This document shows positions 5,050 through 13,277 of a stretch of DNA of 39,665 nt, one piece after another. The DNA is taken from IMG/VR virus record IMGVR_UViG_3300045988_174472, one strand, 5' to 3'. The notes under the pieces are model-generated. The model had not been told where the DNA came from, ran no database searches, and saw only the letters and a list, made by a program, of their open reading frames with translations. The stretch's first letter is position 1; each line of letters opens with the position of its first letter. This DNA is from a virus. Position numbers and translations under genes: made by a program.

Positions 5050-6300
5050 TTATTTGAATTTATTTCTTTGCGATTCTTGTAGATGTCTTTCTAATTCTTC
5101 AGGCGTATAATTTAGAAAAGCCGCATTAACATTATGAGCTTTATTTTTTAGTGATCTCATTTCATACTCTTGTTTCTGCTTTGAAATTATTTCTTCTTTA
5201 GATTTTTCTTCTTCATTTTCATTATAGTACCTAGCTTTTACTCTTGTAACTGATTCATTTAAATTTTTTAAATCATTTATTTTATTTTTCAAAGTCCCTT
5301 TGAAATAATTATATGACTTTACTTTTATTTTTTCCTCATCATCTTTTTCTAATGTAATAGTTATAGATTCTTGTAATATTTTTTTATATTTATTGTCTTT
5401 AAAGTCATAATTGCTAAAATCATTTTTAAAATATTCTAGTGTTTTAGCTGTAAATAGCTTTTTATTAGGCACATAAAATACATCTTTAATATTATTAGTT
5501 TCAACAGTAGTTATATCTTCATTTTCTATGTCTTCTTTATTTACATTTTTTACTTCAATAATTGGATTATCAATAGTATTTTTAAAATATATCTTCTTTT
5601 CGAAATCATATATAGTAAATTTTATTTCATCTACCTTTCTTCCATTTTTTATTTCATCTATACTAACTTCCATATTACCAAGTTTATTAATTTCTTTTAT
5701 TGCTTGACTTAGAACTCTTTGCTTAAAATTTTTATACTCTGGATATTTATTTTCAACACCTAAAACAAATCTTAATTGATCTATTTTAAAGTTTTTTATT
5801 ATTGTCATATCTGTTCTACTCCATAATCTCAATAATTCATATAATCTCTGTGCATAAAAACTTTTAAACTTAGTTAATATTTCTAAATTTAAAGGTGCAT
5901 AAACTGTATAATCAATTAAATGCCTGTATAGTCTATCAGCAAGTTTTATTTTAAATGTTTCTTTATTTACATTATATTCACTACCAGCGATTAAATTGTA
6001 ATCACATTCGATAGTATCACCATCTTCTTTCTTTTCAAATTCCAAAGATGTTTGTTTTAAAATTTGTATAGTCTTTTTTATATTAGATAAAGTTCTTTGA
6101 TTTTTATTTGGTATAAGTTTTTTTAGATCTTCTAATTTTACAGTACAACTTAGTTCCCCATTTTTTTCTTTTTGCGCAGTTAATAGACAGTAATAAAATA
6201 TTCTATTTTGAATTGCTGTAACCTCATAAGATGTATGTACTAATTGTTTTGACTGCATTAATAAATCTAAACATTTATCATTTGATGTAATTTCGCTCAT
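5050..6300 (-). CDS. rep: Theta-type plasmid replication initiator (Rep_3/RepB-like)
   Basis: 416 aa. The N-terminal half has the Rep_3 pattern (QSKQLVHTSYEVTAIQNRIFYYCL ... YAQRLYELLRLW ... LRFVLGVENKYPEYKNFKQRVLSQAIKEINK). An iteron array lies directly upstream. Confidence 0.75.
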   Translation of the reverse strand: MSEITSNDKCLDLLMQSKQLVHTSYEVTAIQNRIFYYCLLTAQKEKNGELSCTVKLEDLKKLIPNKNQRTLSNIKKTIQILKQTSLEFEKKEDGDTIECDYNLIAGSEYNVNKETFKIKLADRLYRHLIDYTVYAPLNLEILTKFKSFYAQRLYELLRLWSRTDMTIIKNFKIDQLRFVLGVENKYPEYKNFKQRVLSQAIKEINKLGNMEVSIDEIKNGRKVDEIKFTIYDFEKKIYFKNTIDNPIIEVKNVNKEDIENEDITTVETNNIKDVFYVPNKKLFTAKTLEYFKNDFSNYDFKDNKYKKILQESITITLEKDDEEKIKVKSYNYFKGTLKNKINDLKNLNESVTRVKARYYNENEEEKSKEEIISKQKQEYEMRSLKNKAHNVNAAFLNYTPEELERHLQESQRNKFK

Positions 6301-6315
6301 AAAAACTCCCCTTTT

Positions 6316-6338
6316 TAGAGTATCAAATTGTTACCTTT
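6316..6338. promoter_or_regulatory. Solitary iteron over the rep RBS/promoter-proximal region (autoregulation site)
   Basis: tagagtatcaaattgttaccttt is identical to the array unit and lies 16 nt upstream of the rep ATG. Confidence 0.6.
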
Positions 6339-6485
6339 AAAATAAATATTTTTATTTTATATATTATAAAGAGTAATAGTTTGATCGATATTGTAATATT
6401 AAAAAGTTTAAAATTAATAAAATATTTTTTTCTTTATGACAATTATAGCTAAAAAAAAACTCTAAGGCAACAGTTTTTTTATTTT

Positions 6486-6604
6486 GTTACCTTTAGAGTA
6501 TCAAATTGTTACCTTTAGAGTATCAAATTGTTACCTTTAGAGTATCAAATTGTTACCTTAGAGTATCAAATTGTTACCTTAGAGTATCAAATTGTTACCT
6601 TTCG
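6486..6604. repeat. Iteron array (origin of theta replication): 5.5 tandem 21-22-bp units
   Basis: Unit gttacctttagagtatcaaatt occurs three times (6486, 6508, 6530). Unit gttaccttagagtatcaaatt occurs twice (6552, 6573). A partial unit follows. The units are contiguous with no spacers. Confidence 0.85.
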
Positions 6605-6644
6605 TTTGTTGTAATTAAGTAATACCAATAGTTTTAGCATTCCC

Positions 6645-6674
6645 TAAATACTATTAAATACTATTAAATACTAT
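6645..6674. repeat. 3 x 10-bp tandem repeat taaatactat next to the iterons
   Basis: Exact copies at 6645, 6655 and 6665. Possibly an origin-auxiliary or unwinding element. Confidence 0.8.
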
Positions 6675-6733
6675 TTATATATAAAGAAAGTATATTTTTC
6701 TAAAATTTTCTTCTCAAAAAACAATAATTATTT

Positions 6734-7363
6734 TTATTTCATAGTTCTAAAAACACCAGTTGCTATACCAATAATATCTACTTGAGAACTATCTAATATA
6801 ATTGGCTCCATAAAATCATTTTCAGGTTGAAGTTTAATTTTATCTCCTTCTTTAAAAAATCTTTTAACTGTAGGATATTTTTTGTACAAAAGAGCAAGAA
6901 CTATTTCTCCATTAAAGGCTACATTTTTTTTATCAACTATTAAGTAGTCTCCGTTTAACATTCCTGCATTAACCATACTATCTCCCTTAATTTGAAAAAT
7001 AAAATTATTTCGACCTTTTATTAAATTGGAAGGTAATGGTATATGTTCTTTAATATTATTTTCTGACAACATTGATTGTTCAATAGATACTTGGTCAACT
7101 AAAGGTAATCCAATAATATTATCATCTGATGCTCTTTTGCATCCATCTAATACTTCAATAGCTCTAGGTTTAGTAGGATCTTTCCTTATGTATCCTAAAT
7201 ATTCAAGTTTGCTTAGGTGCGAATGTACAGTTGATGGAGATTTCAACCCAACGGCACCACATATCTCTCTGATTGAAGGTGGGTAGCCTTTATCTAACAT
7301 ACATTGTTTAATAAAATATAAAATTTGCTCTTGTTTATAACTTAACTCTGGATTTTTAAACAT
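6734..7363 (-). CDS. LexA-like repressor (winged-helix N-domain plus S24 peptidase domain) with a non-canonical cleavage site
   Basis: N-terminus reads KGYPPSIREICGAVGLKSPSTVHSHLSKLEYLGYIRKDPTKPRAIEV. Catalytic GDS129M and VK167RF are present. The linker reads VDQVSIEQS where LexA proteins have G.VxAG.P. Confidence 0.8.
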   Translation of the reverse strand: MFKNPELSYKQEQILYFIKQCMLDKGYPPSIREICGAVGLKSPSTVHSHLSKLEYLGYIRKDPTKPRAIEVLDGCKRASDDNIIGLPLVDQVSIEQSMLSENNIKEHIPLPSNLIKGRNNFIFQIKGDSMVNAGMLNGDYLIVDKKNVAFNGEIVLALLYKKYPTVKRFFKEGDKIKLQPENDFMEPIILDSSQVDIIGIATGVFRTMK

Positions 7364-7481
7364 TAAAAAACACTCTCCTAAAAATATATTTCAAACGTTT
7401 ATTTTATTTTTAAAAACAAAAATAGAACTAAAAAATTAAAAATAAAATAAAATATTGTAAAAATCTTACATTTATATTATT

Positions 7482-7534
7482 ATAATAAATGAAAATAATC
7501 GAACTGTCAAATTTATGTTCGAGAAAAGTCGAAC
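7482..7534 (-). promoter_or_regulatory. Promoter of the LexA-like gene with CGAAC/GTTCG half-sites
   Basis: On the minus strand, TTGACA (7510-7505), 17 nt, then TATTAT (7487-7482). CGAAC at 7500-7504 and GTTCG at 7517-7521 bracket the -35. A third CGAAC lies at 7530-7534. Confidence 0.5.
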
Positions 7535-7654
7535 GGAATTATTTAAAACGATTTTAAACAATAAAAAATAAAGTTAAGTATAAAACATCGAAAAAAGTAA
7601 AAGAAAGCCTTATAAGGGGCAAATTTTGGATATTTTTCATATTTAGGAGGAATT

Positions 7655-7774
7655 ATGAAAGAAGAAATAAAAAAAGAAATAATTGATATTATTATAAATA
7701 TAGATAATTTTAAACTATTAAAAAAAATAAAGTTTATGCTAATTGGAATAGTTGGGATAAAAATAAAGAGCTAG
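7655..7774 (+). CDS. Small amphipathic peptide (39 aa), unknown
   Basis: Strong RBS taggagg 5 nt before the ATG. Translation MKEEIKKEIIDIIINIDNFKLLKKIKFMLIGIVGIKIKS. The stop codon lies inside the shared terminator hairpin. Confidence 0.4.
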   Translation: MKEEIKKEIIDIIINIDNFKLLKKIKFMLIGIVGIKIKS

Positions 7775-7793
7775 ATAATATATCTAGCTCTTT
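7765..7793. terminator. Bidirectional terminator between convergent genes
   Basis: Perfect 13-bp stem aaagagctagata / tatctagctcttt with a 3-nt loop, and A/T runs on both sides. Confidence 0.7.
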
Positions 7794-8140
7794 ATTTTAC
7801 TTACAAACTTTTCTATGAATATCCAATCTTCATCATCTAATTTTAGCATCTCTTCTATAACTTTTTTCTTAAAACTATCTTCTTCTGCCACTAATTTACC
7901 TACCAAAATGTTAAATTCATCATCTTTTGTAAGTTCTGAAAAAATATCACCTTCTCCAGTTTCTAGCCAAACTTGATTAATGTTATAAGTAGAGCATATA
8001 TCATCTATATTTCGAGCTGTAAGATTAACTCGTCCTTTTTCTAAATTAGATATATGAGATTCGCTTAAGTTTAGGTTTTCACCGAATTTTTTTTGTGTAA
8101 GATTTAATTTTTTTCTTGCTTGTTTTATTCTATTATTCAT
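7784..8140 (-). CDS. XRE-family (cI-type) repressor
   Basis: N-terminal HTH_3: IKQARKKLNLTQKKFGENLNLSESHISNLEKGRVNLT. Divergent from the early operon. Confidence 0.75.
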   Translation of the reverse strand: MNNRIKQARKKLNLTQKKFGENLNLSESHISNLEKGRVNLTARNIDDICSTYNINQVWLETGEGDIFSELTKDDEFNILVGKLVAEEDSFKKKVIEEMLKLDDEDWIFIEKFVSKIKS

Positions 8141-8236
8141 TTTATCACCTTATTTATACAATAACATAAAAACTTTTAAAATAAAAGAAAAAATATTGAA
8201 AAAGATAAAAAGCGACAAAAAAAGACAAAAAAACTA

Positions 8237-8265
8237 TTGATATAAAAGTTATATCAATATATAAT
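8237..8265 (+). promoter_or_regulatory. Early rightward promoter with overlapping palindromic operator
   Basis: TTGATA (8237-8242), 17 nt, then TATAAT (8260-8265). Palindrome ttgatataa-aag-ttatatcaa at 8237-8257 covers the -35 and spacer. Confidence 0.6.
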
Positions 8266-8301
8266 CTTTTATATTAAAAGAAATTGAAAGGAGAATATTT
8301 T

Positions 8302-8472
8302 ATGACAATAGAAGAAAAAGAAAAAATTTTAAGAAATATTTTTAATAAAACAGATATTATAGATGAAAAAGATAAACCATCAATAATTGCATACATAAGA
8401 GGAACATCTGATACAAGAGAAAGAATAGTATCAGAAAATAAAGCAAAAGGTGAATGTACTAAAAAGGTGTGA
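8302..8472 (+). CDS. First early-operon protein (cro position), unknown
   Basis: Track ORF trimmed to the ATG at 8302, which follows RBS aaaggag. 56 aa with no clear HTH. Confidence 0.5.
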   Translation: MTIEEKEKILRNIFNKTDIIDEKDKPSIIAYIRGTSDTRERIVSENKAKGECTKKV

Positions 8473-8512
8473 TATCAACTAAAAATAATACATCCAAAAA
8501 AACTTAATAGAT

Positions 8513-8555
8513 ACAAGTCCGTTAAATGGTTCGGTGAGCCTTTTAACGGGCTTGT
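8513..8555. other. GC-enriched 13-bp-stem hairpin upstream of the HUH Rep gene (candidate nick-site/dso hairpin or attenuator)
   Basis: Stem caagtccgttaaa (8514-8526) / tttaacgggcttg (8542-8554), including one G-T pair, with a 15-nt loop tggttcggtgagcct. No T-run follows. Confidence 0.45.
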
Positions 8556-8649
8556 AATAAGTATTAACTTTAGGACAAAAATAATAGATTAAATATAAAA
8601 ATAAATGATTTAAAAAGTTGTTTGTAAGGAGATAAAAAAGTGATGTAAC

Positions 8650-9537
8650 ATGAGCAAAGTTTTGAGAAAAAAATATATAGAAAGTGATTATGAAAGACTA
8701 CATACAAGATTAGTAGAAGAAGGCATATGTGAAACTGAATTAGATAGCATAGTTGATGTTAGAAGTGGATGTATATATGATACAAAAACAATCACATCAG
8801 GAACTATGAGAGAAGTTGAAGTATTTCCTATGTATCTAAAAAAAGATATGCCTGATGAATGGAGATTAAAAAATACAAGAGAAGCACAGAAAAATCTAAA
8901 TAATAAAAATGCTATTAAAAACTTTACTAGAAAATTAAATATGAATTTTGTTAAAGGTGATTATTATTTAACTCTAGAGTACTTAAATAAATATCTACCA
9001 AAGGATCACAATGAAGCTAAAAAACAAATGCATAAATATATAAGACGCTTAAATTATTTATACATGAAAATTCAACTAGCGAATGGAGCTCCTAAGAAGA
9101 AAATAAAAAGAATTAAGTATATGTTTATCACGGAACACTCAGATGTTAAAAAGATAAGATGTCATCATCATATGGTACTTGAAGCAGTATTACCTATAGA
9201 AGTAGTTGAAAGAGAATGGAAATTTGGAAATAGAACCAAAATAAGTTTTCTATCTCCTGATGATATGGGATTAACTGGACTAGCTATATATCTATCAAAA
9301 GATCCTAAAGGTAAGAAAAGATGGTGTTGTAGTAAAAATCTAAAAAATCCTGAAATCACAAGAAACTTAACAAAATTCAGTAAAAAGAAAGTTAGAGAAA
9401 TAGTTAATAATCAAAATCTAATTAAGTATGAAATGGAAAAAAATAATCCTGGATATATATTTGTAGATGCTCAAGTTTACATCAATGAATTTAATGGAAT
9501 GCCTTACATATATGCTAGAATGCGGAAAATAAACTGA
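8650..9537 (+). CDS. HUH-superfamily rolling-circle replication initiator
   Basis: Motif I YYLTLEY (aa 105-111), motif II RCHHHMVLE (HHH at 172-174), motif III LAIY214LSK217. The SD aaggag (8626-8631) is followed by a start-stop mini-ORF GTG-ATG-TAA (8640-8648) just before the ATG at 8650. Confidence 0.6.
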   Translation: MSKVLRKKYIESDYERLHTRLVEEGICETELDSIVDVRSGCIYDTKTITSGTMREVEVFPMYLKKDMPDEWRLKNTREAQKNLNNKNAIKNFTRKLNMNFVKGDYYLTLEYLNKYLPKDHNEAKKQMHKYIRRLNYLYMKIQLANGAPKKKIKRIKYMFITEHSDVKKIRCHHHMVLEAVLPIEVVEREWKFGNRTKISFLSPDDMGLTGLAIYLSKDPKGKKRWCCSKNLKNPEITRNLTKFSKKKVREIVNNQNLIKYEMEKNNPGYIFVDAQVYINEFNGMPYIYARMRKIN

Positions 9538-9562
9538 TAAAGTTTAAAAAGTGAGGATAAAA

Positions 9563-9745
9563 ATGAACATAAGGGTAGAAGAATTAGAGTTAGAAGCTAA
9601 TCAAAGAATACTTGATGATATGAAGGAGCTACTAGATAAATATGCTCTTAAATATATGAATACAAGCGCATTTATGACAATCAATAAATGTGTAGATGAA
9701 TTGGTTTACGTGGAACAATACACTAGGTTAAAGGAAGTTATATAA
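9563..9745 (+). CDS. Hypothetical early protein (60 aa)
   Basis: Track ORF trimmed to the ATG after RBS gtgaggataaaa. Confidence 0.5.
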   Translation: MNIRVEELELEANQRILDDMKELLDKYALKYMNTSAFMTINKCVDELVYVEQYTRLKEVI

Positions 9746-9767
9746 AAGAAAGTGGGGGAAAAATTTA

Positions 9768-10487
9768 ATGAATAAATTAATGATATTTGAAAATAAGAGA
9801 GTTGAAGTGCTTGAGTTAAATGGTCAGATATTATTTAACCCATATCATTGTGGAGAATGTTTAGGACTTGCTGAAAGTTCAGTAAGAGATGCATTAAGAA
9901 AGATGAATAATAAACAAGTTATAAAATTAAGGAATTTAGATGTTGATAATACCGACATCCGAAAATTAAACAATGCAGGAGAAAATTTTTTAACTGAAAG
10001 TGGAGTATACAAACTGATATTTAAATCTAGAAAAGAAGAAGCTGAAAGATTTCAAGACTGGGTAACAGATGAAGTACTTCCAAGTATAAGACAAACAGGT
10101 GTATACGAAGTAAAAGGATTATCAAAAGAACTACAAGCTATATTTGCAATAGATAAAAAACAACAACAAATGGAAGTAAAAGTTGATTATTTATATAATC
10201 ACATGACTATAGACTATGAACAACAAGAAAACTTAAATCAATTAGCAAGGAGCAGAGCAGTAGATCTTCTTGGAGGGAAAGCATCTCCAGCATATAAAAG
10301 GGTAAGTAAAAAGTTGTTTTCAGAATTATGGAGAGATTATAAAAGATACTTTGGAGTAAATAGTTACAAGAATACAGCTAGAAAAGAATATGAGAATGCT
10401 AGAGAGTATTTAATCAAATGGAGTCCTTCAACCAATCTTAGAATAGAAATAGAAGCTATAAATGGACAATTTTCATTTGTTGAATAG
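9768..10487 (+). CDS. Bro-N / ORF6C-type phage antirepressor
   Basis: Bro-N pattern FENKRVEVLELNGQILF...LTESGVYKLIFKSRKEEAERFQDWVTDEVLPSIRQTG. The C-terminal half resembles KilAC/ORF6C domains. Confidence 0.75.
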   Translation: MNKLMIFENKRVEVLELNGQILFNPYHCGECLGLAESSVRDALRKMNNKQVIKLRNLDVDNTDIRKLNNAGENFLTESGVYKLIFKSRKEEAERFQDWVTDEVLPSIRQTGVYEVKGLSKELQAIFAIDKKQQQMEVKVDYLYNHMTIDYEQQENLNQLARSRAVDLLGGKASPAYKRVSKKLFSELWRDYKRYFGVNSYKNTARKEYENAREYLIKWSPSTNLRIEIEAINGQFSFVE

Positions 10488-10497
10488 GAGGATAAAA

Positions 10498-10572
10498 ATG
10501 AACACATTTATAAGGTTTATGAGTATCTATATATTAACTTATTTAGCTGTGTCTTACATAATGTGCAAGTAG
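10498..10572 (+). CDS. Possible 24-aa hydrophobic peptide
   Basis: RBS taggaggataaaa before the ATG. Translation MNTFIRFMSIYILTYLAVSYIMCK. Confidence 0.3.
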   Translation: MNTFIRFMSIYILTYLAVSYIMCK

Positions 10573-10582
10573 GAGATTGAAT

Positions 10583-10735
10583 ATGGAGGAAACTAGAGTG
10601 ATATTTACATTATCATGTAAATGTTGTGATGATAAGCAAAATATATTAGTTGATAAAAATAGAGCAATAAAGCTAGAAAAAATAAAAAATGAAATTATAT
10701 GTGACAAGTGCATAGAAAAAAGGAGATTGAAATGA
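10583..10735 (+). CDS. Small zinc-ribbon-like protein (50 aa)
   Basis: RBS aggagattgaat. Translation MEETRVIFTLSCKCCDDKQNILVDKNRAIKLEKIKNEIICDKCIEKRRLK (CxCC...CxxC). Its stop overlaps the next start (ATGA). Confidence 0.45.
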   Translation: MEETRVIFTLSCKCCDDKQNILVDKNRAIKLEKIKNEIICDKCIEKRRLK

Positions 10736-11757
10736 TAATTCATAGATATATAACTCACGTATTATCAAAAGTATCAGATGAACCGATATTAAATGATTTT
10801 GAGGGTAATATAAATCCTCAGATAGATAAGTTTTTACAAAGCATTATAAAGAAAGTAAGCAAAGATGATTTATTAAGAAGAGCTAAATTTGATAATACAA
10901 AAGATTGTATAGTTAGAGATTGCTGTGAATCTATAATACGCAATGAAGAGACATTTATAGAAAACTCAAAAGAAATAGCAGCATATTTATTTGACATAAT
11001 GAAATTAGATTCAGATGCAGATTCATGTGATTTAGTTATATGCTTATATACAGTTAAAGATCAATATAGAGTAGCAATAATAAAGTTAGATTATAGAGCA
11101 GCATATAATCGTTCAATAGAATTTGAGGATGATAAGTTTAATATACAAATGAAGTTAAATGAAGAATTAATATCAGATACTAAGAAACCGAAGCAATGTG
11201 CATTAGTAGGTATCAGTAGCTTAAATAGCGAGTATGACTTAGAAATACTAGATAAAGATTCTGAAAAAGAAAATATTAGCTCTAAGTTTATAAATGACTT
11301 CTTAGAAGCTTATAAGATAGATGATGATTCATATAAGACTAAAGTATTCATTGCATCAGTTAAAGCGTGTCTATCAAATGCGTGGATAAAGGATAGACAT
11401 ATAGTAAACTTAATAAAATGCGATAGAGCTATGGAAGTACTAGAACATATTGCGTTAAATAATTCAGTTATAGATGTAAAAGAAATAGCAGATGAAATAT
11501 TCAATAGCCATGAAGATAAAGAGCTTAAATATAACTTTATAGAGCGTTTTAAAAAGAATGATATATCTAGATTCAATATAGATAAAAAAGTAGCTGAAAA
11601 AATGCTAAATAATAGGAATATCAAAACTAATACGGGCATTAAAATATCAGCTAAATTAGATGATATTAGAAATAACTTAAACTTCACTATAAAAGAAAAT
11701 GATGAAGGAACGTATGACTTGATAGTAAAAAACGTTGAGTTTGTAGAGGTGGATTAA
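10732..11757 (+). CDS. Nucleoid-associated protein, NdpA/YejK-like (tentative)
   Basis: Start moved to the ATG after RBS aaggagattgaa. The N-terminus MIIHRYITHVL...PILNDF...KFLQSIIKKV...RAKF matches my recollection of the NA37 family pattern. Confidence 0.45.
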   Translation: MIIHRYITHVLSKVSDEPILNDFEGNINPQIDKFLQSIIKKVSKDDLLRRAKFDNTKDCIVRDCCESIIRNEETFIENSKEIAAYLFDIMKLDSDADSCDLVICLYTVKDQYRVAIIKLDYRAAYNRSIEFEDDKFNIQMKLNEELISDTKKPKQCALVGISSLNSEYDLEILDKDSEKENISSKFINDFLEAYKIDDDSYKTKVFIASVKACLSNAWIKDRHIVNLIKCDRAMEVLEHIALNNSVIDVKEIADEIFNSHEDKELKYNFIERFKKNDISRFNIDKKVAEKMLNNRNIKTNTGIKISAKLDDIRNNLNFTIKENDEGTYDLIVKNVEFVEVD

Positions 11758-11919
11758 GTGTCATTAATAAAAGGCAAGGAAGAAATTATAAAAATAGCAG
11801 AAGAAATAGCAAAAGACATGGGAATAGAAAAACATGAAATACAACATTCAGATAGATGCTATGACATATATATACTAGCTGTTAGAGAGTATGACAGGAG
11901 ACAAAAACTAGAAAGGTGA
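11758..11919 (+). CDS. Possible small protein (53 aa, GTG start)
   Basis: RBS agaggtgg. The GTG abuts the upstream stop. Translation VSLIKGKEEIIKIAEEIAKDMGIEKHEIQHSDRCYDIYILAVREYDRRQKLER. Confidence 0.35.
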   Translation: MSLIKGKEEIIKIAEEIAKDMGIEKHEIQHSDRCYDIYILAVREYDRRQKLER

Positions 11920-11929
11920 AATAATACAT

Positions 11930-12112
11930 ATGAAAAGATTAAAGAAACTAACTAGAAATCAAAAGGAATTTTTAGTTAGAAAATTAGGTGTTGAAAGTAA
12001 AAATTACCTGGTAGAACGAAACACTTCGGAATTTACTGTATTTTTTAATATAAAAACTAGTGAAAAAATAATTTATCATAAAGAATTTGATTCAATCGTT
12101 GAAGAAATATAA
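11930..12112 (+). CDS. Hypothetical protein
   Basis: 60-aa ORF packed in phase with its neighbours. Confidence 0.45.
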   Translation: MKRLKKLTRNQKEFLVRKLGVESKNYLVERNTSEFTVFFNIKTSEKIIYHKEFDSIVEEI

Positions 12113-12124
12113 GGGGATGAGAGT

Positions 12125-12511
12125 ATGGGTGGAATGATAGTAATACCTAAAAAGAAACATAATAGAATCATTGAAGAAAAAGACAAAGAAATAAACAACT
12201 TAAAGAAAAATATAGAGCAGTTAGAAGCTAAAGTTAAAAAGTTAAATAGTGTTGAGCATAAATTAGAATCTAGTAAAGAACAAATAAGTAAGCTAACGCT
12301 AGAAAATTTCGATTTAAATGAGAACTTAGAAGAAAGCAAAAGAAAAATATTCATATTAACTAATCTATTGAAGTTTGACGCTGATAAGAATATAAAACGA
12401 TATGAAAACATCAAAAGACGAACTAAGAAATCAAGAGTTAAAGATAAATGTGATAGAAAAATAGAAGATTATATGATGAGGAAAATAGTATATGAAAGGG
12501 TAGATACATGA
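12125..12511 (+). CDS. Coiled-coil hypothetical protein
   Basis: RBS aaggggatgagagt. Heptad-rich sequence INNLKKNIEQLEAKVKKLNSVEHKLESSKEQISKL. Confidence 0.55.
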   Translation: MGGMIVIPKKKHNRIIEEKDKEINNLKKNIEQLEAKVKKLNSVEHKLESSKEQISKLTLENFDLNENLEESKRKIFILTNLLKFDADKNIKRYENIKRRTKKSRVKDKCDRKIEDYMMRKIVYERVDT

Positions 12512-12609
12512 AAGATTTAATGATATTAGCTGCAATTATAGTAATTTCAGTTGTAGTAGTTGGAGTGCTAGATGCTATAGCTATTGCAGTTAGAAAATAT
12601 AAGAAGTAG
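12508..12609 (+). CDS. Possible 33-aa single-TM peptide
   Basis: ATGA overlap with the upstream stop. Translation MKDLMILAAIIVISVVVVGVLDAIAIAVRKYKK. Confidence 0.35.
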   Translation: MKDLMILAAIIVISVVVVGVLDAIAIAVRKYKK

Positions 12610-12619
12610 GGCAGAGAAA

Positions 12620-12808
12620 ATGAAACTTAGAGAAAATTATATAAAACAAGGTTCTAATCAATTACTCTCAGATTGGGGACATGATATTAGCTTAAAATAT
12701 GATTATAAGGATGAAAACTCAAATGAAGTTAAAAATTATAAATTAAATAAGAGAGAGTTAGATCATTACTTGAAAACAGGAGTATTACCAGAGCGTATAG
12801 GAAAATAA
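12620..12808 (+). CDS. Hypothetical protein
   Basis: Track ORF trimmed to the ATG at 12620. Confidence 0.5.
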   Translation: MKLRENYIKQGSNQLLSDWGHDISLKYDYKDENSNEVKNYKLNKRELDHYLKTGVLPERIGK

Positions 12809-12834
12809 AAAACATATTTTATTTGGAGGAAGAT

Positions 12835-13218
12835 ATGAGAGAAATTAAGTTTAGGGCTTGGAGCAAATTATTAAATAAAATGTTAAGTCATGAGGATTTA
12901 AATAAAACTTTAAAAAATTTAACAAAGATAGAGTATATAGCAGGAATATTTTTACCTTTAAATTCAGATGTTGAAGTAATGCAATACACTGGATTAAAAG
13001 ATAGTAATGGGAATGAAATATACGAAGGAGATATAGTTAAAATAGAAGATTATTTTGGTGAGGATATTATCGGCAGAGTTATATATGACGAAGCAACAGC
13101 AGGATATGTGTTTCATAAAGGTAATGAAAGAAATTATTTTCAAATGACTTTAGATCTAGAATACTATGTGCATTATGTTATAGGGAATATATATGAAAAT
13201 AAAGATTTATTAGATTAA
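12835..13218 (+). CDS. YopX-family protein
   Basis: Pattern MREIKFRAW...MQYTGLKDSNGNEIYEGDIV...GNIYENKDLL is the classic YopX pattern. RBS ggaggaagat. Confidence 0.75.
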   Translation: MREIKFRAWSKLLNKMLSHEDLNKTLKNLTKIEYIAGIFLPLNSDVEVMQYTGLKDSNGNEIYEGDIVKIEDYFGEDIIGRVIYDEATAGYVFHKGNERNYFQMTLDLEYYVHYVIGNIYENKDLLD

Positions 13219-13277
13219 AAGAGGAGTTTTAATATAAGGATAGTGCTACATTTTTATATTTATTAGGAGGAGCTTAA

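Noticed and set aside
6486-6604. Tandem 21-22-bp repeats as a CRISPR array
   Set aside because: The units are contiguous with no spacers, lie directly upstream of a Rep_3-type initiator, and one copy overlaps the rep promoter region. They are iterons.
7655-7774. The 39-aa peptide as an arbitrium-type (AimP) communication peptide
   Set aside because: It has no N-terminal signal sequence and no adjacent TPR-type AimR receptor gene, and its C-terminus does not resemble mature AimP hexapeptides.
10596-10616. ggaaactagagtgatatttac inside the zinc-ribbon ORF as another copy of the TA 5' module
   Set aside because: Only the AGAGTGAT core matches. It has no upstream promoter and lies in a coding frame, so it is probably chance similarity.
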